A DNA stretch of 63,316 bases, counting the filler, from Chlamydiia bacterium (GTDB lineage Bacteria > Chlamydiota > Chlamydiia > Chlamydiales > FEN-1388): assembly GCA_903848235.1 (NCBI GenBank). It is 12 parts of 12 records of this genome, joined end to end, with 100 filler letters (N's around TTAATTAATTAA, not from the genome) between each part and the next. Parts side by side here need not be neighbours in the genome. Positions count along the whole stretch, not along the records: positions 38,975 to 41,598 come from CAINFV010000236.1; positions 41,699 to 45,987 come from CAINFV010000237.1; positions 46,088 to 49,568 come from CAINFV010000238.1; positions 49,669 to 58,453 come from CAINFV010000239.1; 8 more parts are not named here. One strand, written 5' to 3'. The notes beneath the pieces are model-generated. The model made no database searches. It had not been told where the DNA came from and saw nothing but the letters and a program-made list of their open reading frames with translations. Within the stretch, counting starts at the first letter, position 1; each line of letters opens with the position of its first letter. Of this stretch, positions 41,108-51,356 are shown piece by piece. The translations under genes were made by a program, and so were the position numbers.

Positions 41108-41539
41108 TTAGACCTCTGCGGTTAATTTTCCTTCAAGGTTCGCGTTTGGCCTCTGGCGGTTTTGGCTTCTTGAAGATAATCTCATGTTTCTCTTCGGGCA
41201 TGAAGCTAAGTGGTTCTTCAGATTTTTTTTCTTGTCAATTTCATATGGCTTGCCGGTAGATGGATCTATCGGTGGAGCATAATTCTTCCTTTCTGGTCTC
41301 CTGAATGAGAACCCTATCTTCACCGAATCCTTGTCTTCCAAAATGTCATACGGTTTTCCAGTCAATGGATTTATGACCAACCTTTCGACCTCCTTGCCGA
41401 GCACGATTGCCAGCCCAGGCTTCATCACATGTTCGTCTTTATCCATGTCTATGCCAGTCTCAAAGATTTCATCATAGTCTTCAAATATATTATTGTCTTT
41501 TGAAAAATAACCATTGTCCTTTATGTAAGGTTTCAGCAA
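41108..41539 (-). CDS. Hypothetical protein fragment
   Basis: Two internal copies of (N/D)P.TGKPY. Confidence 0.35.
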   Translation of the reverse strand: MLKPYIKDNGYFSKDNNIFEDYDEIFETGIDMDKDEHVMKPGLAIVLGKEVERLVINPLTGKPYDILEDKDSVKIGFSFRRPERKNYAPPIDPSTGKPYEIDKKKNLKNHLASCPKRNMRLSSRSQNRQRPNANLEGKLTAEV

Positions 41540-41698
41540 TATAGTACCTGTTCGAATCTTTTATTCGAACGCTATCAAGCTTTATTAATAGATCACAANN
41601 NNNNNNNNNNNNNNNNNNNNNNNNNNNNNNNNNNNNNNNNNNTTAATTAATTAANNNNNNNNNNNNNNNNNNNNNNNNNNNNNNNNNNNNNNNNNNNN

Positions 41699-41771
<73 letters not shown>

Positions 41772-41863
41772 TATAATTAATCAGTAAATCATTCTATTGA
41801 TATAGATTTTTCAAGAGCTTTCCTGTATTTGTTGGGAGTTGTATCGGTCGAGTGCAATTAAGA

Positions 41864-42086
41864 GGTTCCTCGCTGTATCGAGTGGCTAATAGATCGTAGA
41901 GCCCTCTGTGAGTCCTCCGTGCGCTCTGTGCCTCTGTGATGGTAGTTCGTGACCATTGGTCATAAACCAGTGGCGAACGACGTTTCAACCACAGAGACAC
42001 AAAGTTCACAGAGTACGCACGGAGACGAATTACCAACGGAAAAACCAAAATAGCCTGAGGTTAGCCACTGGAAATGGCGAAGAGCC
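41864..42086. mobile_element. 223-bp MITE with 8-bp target-site duplication
   Basis: Imperfect 26-bp TIR ggttcctcgctgtatcgagtggctaa / ttagccactggaaatggcgaagagcc; AATTAAGA at 41856-63 and 42087-94. Confidence 0.75.
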
Positions 42087-42197
42087 AATTAAGAAGATCT
42101 CCAGCAAGGTCTAAGGATTGATCATAGAAAGAGAAAGCCGATTATAGGGCATTACAGGAAATAATTTTCTTGGAGCTAAGAAAGAGGCGTCTTGCGG

Positions 42198-42647
42198 TTA
42201 TGATACATCAAAGATTTGGCTAGCCTTAGTGCCGTTGATTGTCCCCTTGTCTCTATATTCTGTTAGCTCATCGAATCGCTTTCCTGCTATAATTCCGACG
42301 ATTAAAATATGAAATGCTACCAGAGTTATAACTCCCGGAAATATGAGCATGTAAACAAGCTCTATCCTCTGATCTATCACATATAGAAGTATAGCCATAG
42401 CTATGGCGATCACAATAAGAAACACAAAGGCCTTTGGACCACCATCGTTTTGTTGTTCTGCCAAGTATATCGCACAATCCAGATGATCACATTCTTCGCC
42501 CTCCTTGGGCTTATCTTTCCATTCTCGTCCGCAATTGGCAACCCATTTATCAGTATAATAGTAAAGGTCTCCAGTAAAATTACCTACCTCATATACGGTC
42601 TTGTACTTCTTGATCTTCCCCTCTGCTATTTGTAGCTGAACCGCCAT
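42198..42647 (-). CDS. Membrane protein of uncharacterised CDHLDC family, paralogue 3
   Basis: CGREW...CDHLDCAIY, two TM, ELTEYRDKGTING. Confidence 0.8.
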   Translation of the reverse strand: MAVQLQIAEGKIKKYKTVYEVGNFTGDLYYYTDKWVANCGREWKDKPKEGEECDHLDCAIYLAEQQNDGGPKAFVFLIVIAIAMAILLYVIDQRIELVYMLIFPGVITLVAFHILIVGIIAGKRFDELTEYRDKGTINGTKASQIFDVS

Positions 42648-42659
42648 CCTTGGTCCTCC

Positions 42660-43145
42660 TCATCGCCAGAACTGCCACCAGTGCCTTGCCTTCGTTTTTT
42701 CCTGATCTCCAAAAATCTGCCAAGCGGTAATACCGTTGATCGTACCCTTGTCTTTAAATTCGGTTAATTCTTTGAATCGCTTTCCTTCTCTAAGTCCGCC
42801 AAATAAAAACCAAAATGCTAATAGAGTCAGGGCTCCTGAGATCATAATCGCAAAACCACCCATTTGCCTGCATCCGATGACAAACCCAATAATCATAACG
42901 GCGGCGGCGAGTACAATCAAAAATATAAATACGTCTGGTTTTTCCTTCCTGTCAGATTCTGCTACGTAAATTGCACAGTCTAGATGATCGCATGCTTGGC
43001 TCTCTGTTCCGGGTTTCCATTCTCGTCCACATTTCGTGACGTATTTATCGATACAGGAACCTCCGTCACCACACGGCACAAATAGCACTTGAGTCACCCT
43101 GTATCTCTTGATTTTTCCATCTGCAGTCTGTAATCGCACCACCAT
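42660..43145 (-). CDS. CDHLDC family paralogue 2
   Basis: Same motifs; C-terminal WWQFW. Confidence 0.8.
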   Translation of the reverse strand: MVVRLQTADGKIKRYRVTQVLFVPCGDGGSCIDKYVTKCGREWKPGTESQACDHLDCAIYVAESDRKEKPDVFIFLIVLAAAVMIIGFVIGCRQMGGFAIMISGALTLLAFWFLFGGLREGKRFKELTEFKDKGTINGITAWQIFGDQEKTKARHWWQFWR

Positions 43146-43156
43146 CCTTGGTCCTC

Positions 43157-43813
43157 CTATTCTAGCCTGCCAACAGGAGCATTTAGCGAGTGTGGGTCTT
43201 CAGAGATTTGACGGGCCTTGATACCTTTGATCGTTCCATTATTCTTAAATTCGTTCAGCTCATCCAAACGTTCTTCAACTCCGGGACGAGAGCCCCAAAA
43301 ACAAATCGCCAGGAAGGCCGAGATTATTGAAATCATAAAGGTGTATTTTACAAACCCAATTTCGAATCTTATCTCTTCTATGACTACAAAAGCGAAAAAT
43401 ATTACCGCAATAGCAGCAAGAAAACGCCCGATAATCCGTTTTGATCGCCAATTTAAAGAAAAAATTGCCCCTATGGAGAAGGGTACTAAATAAAGAAATG
43501 AGACTGCTGCAAGCCAACTTATTCCTTTTAGATCTGCTATGACTGTAATAACGAAAGAAATTACTACCATAGCAGCAAAAAAACGTCTAGACCACTTATT
43601 CGCCCGCAAATGTTCAGCTACGAGGTAAATTGCGCAATCCAGATGATCGCATTCTTGGTGAGGCTCGGGTTTATAGTACCATGTTCTTCCGCATTTGGTA
43701 ACCCATTTTTCGAATTTATAAGAATATTCAGATTTTGTGGGATGTAAATCTACTCCATACGCGGTGTGGTATTCCTTGATCTCGCCATTCTCTAGTTGTA
43801 GCCGTAAACCCAT
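43157..43813 (-). CDS. CDHLDC family paralogue 1 (four TM)
   Basis: MGLRLQLENGEIKEY aligns with paralogue N-termini; CDHLDCAIY; ELNEFKNNGTIKG. Confidence 0.8.
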   Translation of the reverse strand: MGLRLQLENGEIKEYHTAYGVDLHPTKSEYSYKFEKWVTKCGRTWYYKPEPHQECDHLDCAIYLVAEHLRANKWSRRFFAAMVVISFVITVIADLKGISWLAAVSFLYLVPFSIGAIFSLNWRSKRIIGRFLAAIAVIFFAFVVIEEIRFEIGFVKYTFMISIISAFLAICFWGSRPGVEERLDELNEFKNNGTIKGIKARQISEDPHSLNAPVGRLE

Positions 43814-43954
43814 CCAGGTACCTTCTTTCTCGTTGCCGGAACTGCCACCAGCTTTTAGCCTGTCCTTCTTCCCGCAACATCCGCCAGGTCCTTGGATGTC
43901 GCCCACTTCCAGACCTCAAAGCCACCATGCCCATCGATCGCCCTAACCTACTCA

Positions 43955-44132
43955 TCAAGATAGCTTCGCCTCAGCAGGTTTCTCCCCCAGCTCTTCATAA
44001 ATCGCCCTGAACTCCTCCAGCGCCGTCTCCAGGCTCTCCACAATCTCCGCCGCCAGCACCTCGGGCGCAGGCAGTTATCGGAATCCTCCAAGCTTTCGTC
44101 CTTGAGCCAGAAAATGTCCAGGCTGGCCTTCT
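43955..44132 (-). pseudogene. hsdM: Remnant of type I R-M methyltransferase (HsdM) C-terminus
   Basis: KASLDIFWLKDESLEDSDN / LPAPEVLAAEIVESLETALEEF with a 1-nt frameshift; no upstream gene body. Confidence 0.7.
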
Positions 44133-45034
44133 CAGTCGATCAATAGAGAGATCGATCAAATGTTGTTACAGGTAAGTGTAACTACCCACCAGAGTTTACA
44201 GCGTCTGTGGCACCTACAACGACGGAGACACCTTTTGTGCTGTTGCTTTTATACGGATTTACTCTCAGTTTCTTTGCTGATCGTCACTTTTTTGTCAGCA
44301 GCTTTTTGATCTGCTTCGGCCTTCTTATTTTCTCTTCCGGCCGTTATCTTGTCTGAGGATTTTGACATGCTTCTATAACATAGATTAAAAAAGATATAAC
44401 TCTTTCTATTTTTTATATGGATTCAAATTATAAAATTTAAATTCCTTGGCCCTGGCCTTCTGTCCCACAGCCTTCATAAACAATGCAGCACTATATCCAA
44501 TTGGCCCGGAAAGATCGTTCATACTCCCAAGTTGTTCGTTTTTTTCCCGGGCCACACTAACCTTCGGGTTCTTCTCTTTCCATACTCCTTGTGACCTGAA
44601 TAGATTGCCTGCTAGGTCGGGTCCATGCGACATAATGTCCATCAGGTTTTTTTGAAGTGTCCAGAAAGTCTACCATTCTCTCCCACCCAATGCAACGGTC
44701 CGACAAAGAAAACAAAAACGTGCATAAAGTGTTTGTTGGGCGCAGGATTTTGGAGTGGGGGCCTTAAACTGTCACCCAATTCTAATAGTTTTTACTATAC
44801 CCAGGAAAAATCGTAGCGTAGCGGCTTATTTTTTGAATATCTTATAAACTCCGGTAGGTCTACCACATTCATGGCTCTGTGTACCTCCTTATGTTTCGAC
44901 GATTTGGGGATACAGGGCTAATTATTAAATATCTTGTGAAGAAATGACGTGTTGTTATCTCGTTCACAACACGTCGGCTCTTGACGCTAATTTTACATCA
45001 AAGCGGTCCCACACTACCGTCAAGAACCCAGGTC

Positions 45035-45526
45035 TCAGATATTTTCTCCCTGGTACTTCCCGGAGTACAGCTTTTCCGCCTCCTTCTCCAGCCGCAGAAA
45101 GACTAGCTGCATCAGCCGGGCATTCTTCTTCAGACGCAGGCCCAGCGGATTGTAGACCACGAGCAAACTCTGGCTGCGTCCCCGGTAGCCCGGGTCCCAG
45201 AGGGCCGTCTCCAGGGTGGCACCGCAGCGGAGGAGCGTGGAGCGAGCTCTGGCCATGGCCGTCACATCCGTAGGGATATTGACAATCTCGTTGAAAGTGA
45301 CCAGGTAGGAGCCAGCTAAAAGCTCGATCCAGCCCATTTCATCGAAATTCACGGGCTCGGTCTCGGGCAGCTTTCGCTCTTTATTGTCGAAAGCGACAGC
45401 TCCAGCGGTTGTGAAGCGCTCGATCTTCTGCAGCGTCAACTCTACGCCGCACATCTGGGTCTGCGTTTCAGGGTCGATCATGGATTCGACCAGGCCCCGG
45501 GCCTCGCTGCCGGTAAGAATAGTCAT
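45035..45526 (-). CDS. Trimeric dUTPase (dCTP deaminase/dUTPase family)
   Basis: ARSTLLRCG, WDPGYRG, ARLMQLVF, YSGKYQGE. Confidence 0.88.
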   Translation of the reverse strand: MTILTGSEARGLVESMIDPETQTQMCGVELTLQKIERFTTAGAVAFDNKERKLPETEPVNFDEMGWIELLAGSYLVTFNEIVNIPTDVTAMARARSTLLRCGATLETALWDPGYRGRSQSLLVVYNPLGLRLKKNARLMQLVFLRLEKEAEKLYSGKYQGENI

Positions 45527-45627
45527 GCTAAATCACCTCGAATTGTACCTTTTTCGCAAAATTCCGCTCAGGCCATAAACATTGTGCACGCCGGAAAGCT
45601 CTATTAACCTTTACAGATATATTCGCC

Positions 45628-45987
45628 GTGAAGCAATCATCCTGGAGCGAAAGCTTGTTCGAAATTTTCTTCCTGCCTGTGGCCATCATCATTCTGCTGC
45701 TCATATTAGCTGTGCCCATAATCTTCGTCTACCTCTTTTTGCGTCTCTCTGAGACCGCCTTCGAGATGGTGGGCTTCAGCCACTGGAATGCATCCCTGGC
45801 CGTTTTCGGCTCCATTCTGGGGAGCCTGGTGGATCTGCCTCTCATGAGCGCACCTATCACTGCTTACCCGGCCTGGTACTTGACAGTGATGAGCCTTTAT
45901 CCACAGAGCTTTCCCACGACATTCCACTCCCTCTATCTGGCCGTGAACCTGGGAGGATGCATCATACCACTGGTCATCTCAGCCCAC
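45628..45987 (+). CDS. DUF1614-like membrane protein (3' truncated)
   Basis: AFEMVGFS, GSLVDLP, LAVNLGGCIIP. Confidence 0.7.
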
Positions 45988-46116
45988 NNNNNNNNNNNNN
46001 NNNNNNNNNNNNNNNNNNNNNNNNNNNNNNNTTAATTAATTAANNNNNNNNNNNNNNNNNNNNNNNNNNNNNNNNNNNNNNNNNNNNCCCATTGTATCAA
46101 TCTGACGGTATTTGTT

Positions 46117-46710
46117 TTACTTTTTTTTCAGTACTAAGTCGCACGCATCATCTGGCATCCAGTGAGCATCATGTCCTTTCCACTTCACCGTACAGCCCAC
46201 GGGGTTTGTCAGAGGGATGCGCACAGATTTTCCGGTAAGGACATCTTTGATGGCCTCGTCGAGGTCATTCCGCGACTTTCTCGTCGGATGCATTGGATCT
46301 TCAACCTCGCGTCCGCAATAGACAAGACGGCGTTTAGCGTCAAAGACGTAAAAATGGGGTGTTCGCAAGGCTCCGTAGGCACGGGCAACCTCTTGCGTTC
46401 TGTCTACAAGGTAGACCCAGGGGAATGCGTTGAGCTTCATCCTGTCAACCATATGATCAAAGGAGTCTTCTTCATAGAGTTCTGGCGTATTGGAATTGAT
46501 AGCGACAAAGGCAACGCCTTTATCCTTATATTGGAGGGCAATATGTCGTGTCGTTTCATCCGAGGCGATGACATAGGGACAGTGGTTGCAGGTGAAGAAG
46601 ATGACGAGGATCGGTGAGGTGGCAAAGCTTTGAAGAGTGTAGATCTTGTCATCAGTTGCCTGAAGAGAAAAATCAGGGGCTTTTGCTTGTAAGGGAAGAG
46701 TGAAAGGCAT
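46117..46710 (-). CDS. AhpC/TSA thioredoxin-family protein
   Basis: APDFSL, TCNHCPY, YGALRTPHFYVFD, GCTVKW. Confidence 0.9.
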   Translation of the reverse strand: MPFTLPLQAKAPDFSLQATDDKIYTLQSFATSPILVIFFTCNHCPYVIASDETTRHIALQYKDKGVAFVAINSNTPELYEEDSFDHMVDRMKLNAFPWVYLVDRTQEVARAYGALRTPHFYVFDAKRRLVYCGREVEDPMHPTRKSRNDLDEAIKDVLTGKSVRIPLTNPVGCTVKWKGHDAHWMPDDACDLVLKKK

Positions 46711-47157
46711 ACGACCTCAAATTTCTTTCTTGTATGAGTCTTGGGATAAATTTTTCGAAAGGTTGAGTAGAGAGCGACGGAGAAGTTTTTGAAGGAGTTC
46801 TTCATTGGCTGTTGGTTTGCGGCGCTCGTTGGGGTTGCGTTCTTTTACGGAAACAACTCTCCGGCCGTGCCAAGAGCTTCCGACAGACACTTCATCTGCG
46901 AGAGAAAGATGTGAAACTGACTGGAACTCCTGTGGTGACTCCAGCGAATGACAGGTGCTCATGGAAAAACCCTCCATCATCAGGTGAATATCCAATTTGC
47001 CTTTTACCAATTATTATTTTATATTTACAACAAATAGTGTTCTTTCCATAGAATGGATTGCTCAAAAAGTGCAAAGTTCGGTATCTTCGCTGGAGCAACC
47101 ATCGAGGATCTTTCTTTGATCCAGTGAGAGGGGAGCGTTTCTCCCTCTAGGTTTTTT

Positions 47158-47230
47158 GGGGGTTTAGCTCAGTTGGTAGAGCGTCTGATTTGCATTCAGA
47201 AGGTCAGGAGTTCGAACCTCCTAACCTCCA
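47158..47230 (+). tRNA. tRNA-Ala(TGC)
   Basis: GGGGGTT/AACCTCC with G3-U70, TT-TGC-AT loop. Confidence 0.95.
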
Positions 47231-47236
47231 TCATAT

Positions 47237-47310
47237 GCGGGTATAGCTCAGTTGGTTAGAGCGCGACACTGATAATGTCGAGGTCCTTAGTTCAAATCTA
47301 AGTACCCGCA
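47237..47310 (+). tRNA. tRNA-Ile(GAT)
   Basis: GCGGGTA/TACCCGC, CT-GAT-AA loop. Confidence 0.95.
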
Positions 47311-47563
47311 CTTCTTTTCGACTCCTAAGAGAATTTCACTGAAATTTCGAAGAACCAGCCTCTGCTAGGAGATCCGTTTGTTCCTCCAATCCACGATTTC
47401 TCTCTAAGAGAGAAAAAATCTGTATGCAATGGTCTACGAAGGTAGAAAAATTTGGGGTGTATACGTAGAATGCCGTAGTACAGGAGTCGAGTAGTGTCAT
47501 ACAAGGCCATGGTGCTTGCGTGAAGCAAGGCCATGGCAAACAAAGAAGAGGTTGGAGGCATCC

Positions 47564-48181
47564 ATGACCAGTCGCAAGGAAAAAATGGCAGAATTTGACC
47601 AAGGCTATAATGTCACGGTCACCGGTCGACATATGCATGTCACCGATGGGATGAAACAACATGCAATGGACCGCATCTCAAAATTAGATCATTTTGGTGA
47701 CCACATTCTTGATGTGAACGTCACCATGGATATTCAAAAGTTGAGTCACCTCTGTGAGATCATCATGAAGTATGGTCACACAGTGATTTGCTGCCGTGCA
47801 TCGACGACAGATATGTATGCTTCAATTGACCAAGCGGCATCAAAGCTTGCTCAACAGCTTCGTCGATACAAAAGAAAACTTCATGACCACCATAAAAAGG
47901 GGCATCCTATCAAAGAGATCCCCGTCCAAGTCATTGAGGCTCCACGCGAACAAGAGACAGAACTTGAAGAGGTGGGCGGAAGTGACGAAGTAGCACTTCC
48001 TCATCGTATCGTAGCTACTGAAATTGGAAGGCTGAAAATCCTCGATGATTCGGAAGCTGTGATGAAGATGGAGCTGTCTGGTGAATCAGTGATGGTGTTC
48101 CGTGCAGAATCAGACAGGCGCCTGAAGGTTATCTATCGACGTCATGATGGAAACTACGGAATTATCGAGCCGGAAGCGTAG
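47564..48181 (+). CDS. hpf: Long ribosome hibernation promoting factor
   Basis: VTGRHM, DMYASID, EAVMKMEL, VIYRRHDGNYGIIEP. Confidence 0.92.
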   Translation: MTSRKEKMAEFDQGYNVTVTGRHMHVTDGMKQHAMDRISKLDHFGDHILDVNVTMDIQKLSHLCEIIMKYGHTVICCRASTTDMYASIDQAASKLAQQLRRYKRKLHDHHKKGHPIKEIPVQVIEAPREQETELEEVGGSDEVALPHRIVATEIGRLKILDDSEAVMKMELSGESVMVFRAESDRRLKVIYRRHDGNYGIIEPEA

Positions 48182-48184
48182 TCG

Positions 48185-48640
48185 ATGAGCTCTAAGCTGG
48201 TGTGTCTAGTGCGATCTATTCCTGTGCAGGACACACCAGAAGAGCGCGTTCGCCAGCACCTGCTTTCCCATCTGATAGGGGCGTTTGGGTGTCCTCGGTC
48301 GCTGATCGGAGTGGAAGTGCCGTTACAGAGCCTTGTAGGATGTTGTCGTCGACCTGTTCCACGGCGCAGAATGGACATTGTCTGCTTTTTCTTGGATCGG
48401 GGTGCGCTGTCTCCGCTTCTCGTCATTGAATGCAAAGCATCAAAGCCCTTGCCCGGAGCTGTGTCTCAATTAAATGGGTATAATTTCTTTATCCACGCTC
48501 CTCTTGTAGCTCTTGCCTGGCCAGGAGCTCTTCGTATCTCCCATCTAAGCGCAATTTTGTATGAAGGGGATCCTGCTTTTTCGCCAACCTATCATCAGGC
48601 GCAAGAGGCGGCTGCCTCGGCTCTGCATACCCATATCTGA
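48185..48640 (+). CDS. HsdR N-terminal-like PD-(D/E)XK domain protein
   Basis: TPEERVRQ, RRMDIV, IECKA, QLNGYN. Confidence 0.75.
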   Translation: MSSKLVCLVRSIPVQDTPEERVRQHLLSHLIGAFGCPRSLIGVEVPLQSLVGCCRRPVPRRRMDIVCFFLDRGALSPLLVIECKASKPLPGAVSQLNGYNFFIHAPLVALAWPGALRISHLSAILYEGDPAFSPTYHQAQEAAASALHTHI

Positions 48641-48833
48641 TGGTTCAATTGATATGGATTTGCGCAATTTTCTTTTTTAGAATTCGCTTTTCATGTATGG
48701 CCAATAGGGAAGAGTAGAGTTTGATGGTAGTCCTCGTTGCCTCATACCGTACGATCACAGGCGCTAAAGGTTTGTGGGAAAAGGCCGCGGCGGAGGGCAC
48801 TCTGAGGAGATGCTATTGAGTTTCTAAGTTTGA

Positions 48834-49409
48834 ATGAAAGTGAGATTCGAGCATATGGGCATACGTAACAAAGAAGAGACCTCACGAGAGGCTATCCAGC
48901 AAAAAGATCCCTCTCCTGTTCAAGGAGAACAGATGCCTCCACTGCAACCAATTCCTGCCGGTCCAATATCCATTCCTGAAGTTGTTAATCGTTTGGAGGA
49001 ATTGGTGAAGTTTGCTCTTGAATGCGAGGGCAAACAGCTAAAAGAAGGCGTGTCGTTTGTTGATGTCTTCAAACAGCTTGAAGAGGTACGGAATGCTATC
49101 GATTTGTTGAATCAGGATCAGCATGAGCTGCTCAATCTATTTTCTTCCGTCACAGGAGGATCAGTAGATGTGAATAAGATCCCATTTTCAGAGGACGATA
49201 AAAAGACTCTCGACAAGTTAAAACATCTTCAATCGGTGTGTGAAGCAGCAAAAGAACGAATGTATGTGGCGGTAAAAGAACAGCCAGAGACTGAGGCGCT
49301 TTTGGAAGAGAAGATTGAGGATGAGAAAGCCAGTGAAAAGAAAAAGGTCGTTCGAAGGAAAGGGAAATTCCGCCCGTTAGGCGGAAAAGAAGGATGGATG
49401 CGGACGTAA
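48834..49409 (+). CDS. Hypothetical helical protein
   Basis: 191-aa ORF, basic C-terminus. Confidence 0.6.
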   Translation: MKVRFEHMGIRNKEETSREAIQQKDPSPVQGEQMPPLQPIPAGPISIPEVVNRLEELVKFALECEGKQLKEGVSFVDVFKQLEEVRNAIDLLNQDQHELLNLFSSVTGGSVDVNKIPFSEDDKKTLDKLKHLQSVCEAAKERMYVAVKEQPETEALLEEKIEDEKASEKKKVVRRKGKFRPLGGKEGWMRT

Positions 49410-49878
49410 GGAATTGTGCTTAGCTACGCTCTCGTTAAAAAACTCGAACGTATACGTGGCGTCGCCGTTATCTTCAGGCCTTGTCCTCACGAAGGGTTCT
49501 TGTGGAGGCTCTACTACTTCTTTTGTTTTCAAAATCGAATTTACTACTATCATCAGACCGGACGTTACNNNNNNNNNNNNNNNNNNNNNNNNNNNNNNNN
49601 NNNNNNNNNNNNTTAATTAATTAANNNNNNNNNNNNNNNNNNNNNNNNNNNNNNNNNNNNNNNNNNNNCTGTCGTCAGAAACATCTGCGGCAGCTGCGGG
49701 TACGGAGGCACCACCGAAAGCGGGCACGTTATCTAAAGCCTGAAAAGACATAGAGAATCCTTTTTAATAATAAAGTAATATTTTCGATAAGCATGTTATG
49801 TTTGATTATAACTATAAACGAAATTGATCAGAAATAATAATGAGCATATGAAATAAGGGGATCACCTTCATGGCTCGC

Positions 49879-50238
49879 TTATTTGCGTTCATTCCCCGCG
49901 TGAAGCGGCGGCACGTAAAAAAACTTACTCGCGACGGTTCGTACTACAGATTGAGTCTCTTTCGACGTCTTCGTCAGGTTCTCCCATCGCTTCAGAGCGG
50001 TTACCACAGCTTCTATCTCAGGTTTTTTAAGCTGGCGATCGTTCAGAGAGCGGATGATGCCTATGGCATATTCAAAAACAGCAATATCAGAATGGGCACC
50101 TGAGGGAACGTACGGCATGACCTGGCGAACTGCCGACAACACGTGACCTGCTTTCAGATAGACACCTTGTGACTCTGCATCGGCCTGAGCCACCCTATAC
50201 ACCTCATGCAGCAGTCCTTCCACTGATCCGATGGACAT
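49879..50238 (-). CDS. Hypothetical protein
   Basis: 119-aa ORF with purine-rich RBS. Confidence 0.5.
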   Translation of the reverse strand: MSIGSVEGLLHEVYRVAQADAESQGVYLKAGHVLSAVRQVMPYVPSGAHSDIAVFEYAIGIIRSLNDRQLKKPEIEAVVTALKRWENLTKTSKETQSVVRTVASKFFYVPPLHAGNERK

Positions 50239-50333
50239 ATGCCCCCCCTTGTCTTCTTTTCTTCTGTCATATACACATCTATCATCAGTTTATCAATCGG
50301 AAGTAAACAACTTTTTATATTTGGTTATAAAAA

Positions 50334-51335
50334 ATGAGAATTGCATGGTTCGGTCTTCAAGTACTAGCTCTGCTCATAGCAAGCAGTCTCGGCGCCATGA
50401 GCGATAGTGAACGCATTAAATCTTTTGAAGCTCTGACAGAAAAAGATACTAAAAGCATCCCAAGACACCTCCTGCGATGGCTTGACACACAAACAGTACC
50501 GATCGACCCTCGAGCAATCTCCGGTGACTATGAACAGATCAAAGAGATGCTCGGCAGAATCTCAAAGCATATCAAAAAATCATCCTCCGTAGGTTCCATG
50601 GAAGGAAACAGAGAAAAAAATGCACATACTAAAATTCCAGCCATCGACGAGACCCGAACTCTGCGGCACATCGACAACTTTTACCTCAGCGCCAATGACG
50701 TCCTCACTCCTCTGCAAGAGTATATCATCAGCCAAGGCCCTCTTGAAACGACATTGCCGGACTTTTGGCATGCCATCATCGAAGCAAACATATCCACCAT
50801 TGTCATGCTTTCCATGCCATCTGACGCCGGCGGCAGAAACCCAGCATACTGGGGAAAGAACCGATTTCCCACTGTCATGTTCGGATGGAAAATAGAGGAA
50901 AAGGACGGCGAAGAGGTAGTAGATACAAGTGAAGCAATACCTATTCAGCGTATTGTCAGGAGAACCTTTCAGGCAACTCATGAAGAATCTAAAGAGACGA
51001 GAACGATCAGTCATATCCACTATGAGAACTGGCCTGACAATGGAGCTCCAGAACCTATTTTATTCCATAGGTTCCTTCATTTGATCAGCAAGATCCACCC
51101 TGTCGCTTCATCTTCGATTCTTGTCCACTGTTCGGCCGGTCTTGGCCGCTCAGGAACATTCGTCGCATCGCATAGCTTATGCAAAGAAATCCACGCCCTC
51201 CATCCAGCAACCGTCAACATCCCCAAAAGAATCGTCGAACTTCGCATGCAACGGCCATATGTCGTCAGCACCGCTGTACAAATAGAAGCGATTTATACAG
51301 CGGTACGACAGTGTGCTGAGGAGCAACATCCCTAG
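50334..51335 (+). CDS. Classical-type protein tyrosine phosphatase with signal peptide
   Basis: YIISQGP, DFW, WPD loop, VHCSAGLGRSG. Confidence 0.9.
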   Translation: MRIAWFGLQVLALLIASSLGAMSDSERIKSFEALTEKDTKSIPRHLLRWLDTQTVPIDPRAISGDYEQIKEMLGRISKHIKKSSSVGSMEGNREKNAHTKIPAIDETRTLRHIDNFYLSANDVLTPLQEYIISQGPLETTLPDFWHAIIEANISTIVMLSMPSDAGGRNPAYWGKNRFPTVMFGWKIEEKDGEEVVDTSEAIPIQRIVRRTFQATHEESKETRTISHIHYENWPDNGAPEPILFHRFLHLISKIHPVASSSILVHCSAGLGRSGTFVASHSLCKEIHALHPATVNIPKRIVELRMQRPYVVSTAVQIEAIYTAVRQCAEEQHP

Positions 51336-51356
51336 CCCGAGGTTACTAGGCTACAC

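Noticed and set aside
43814..43906. N-terminal extension of the 249-aa ORF (MGDIQGPGGCCG...)
   Set aside because: Paralogue alignment places the start at 43813; upstream DNA is a degenerate paralogue tail
47158..47310. tRNA-Ala/Ile pair as an rRNA spacer
   Set aside because: No 16S or 23S sequence flanks them; stand-alone tRNA pair
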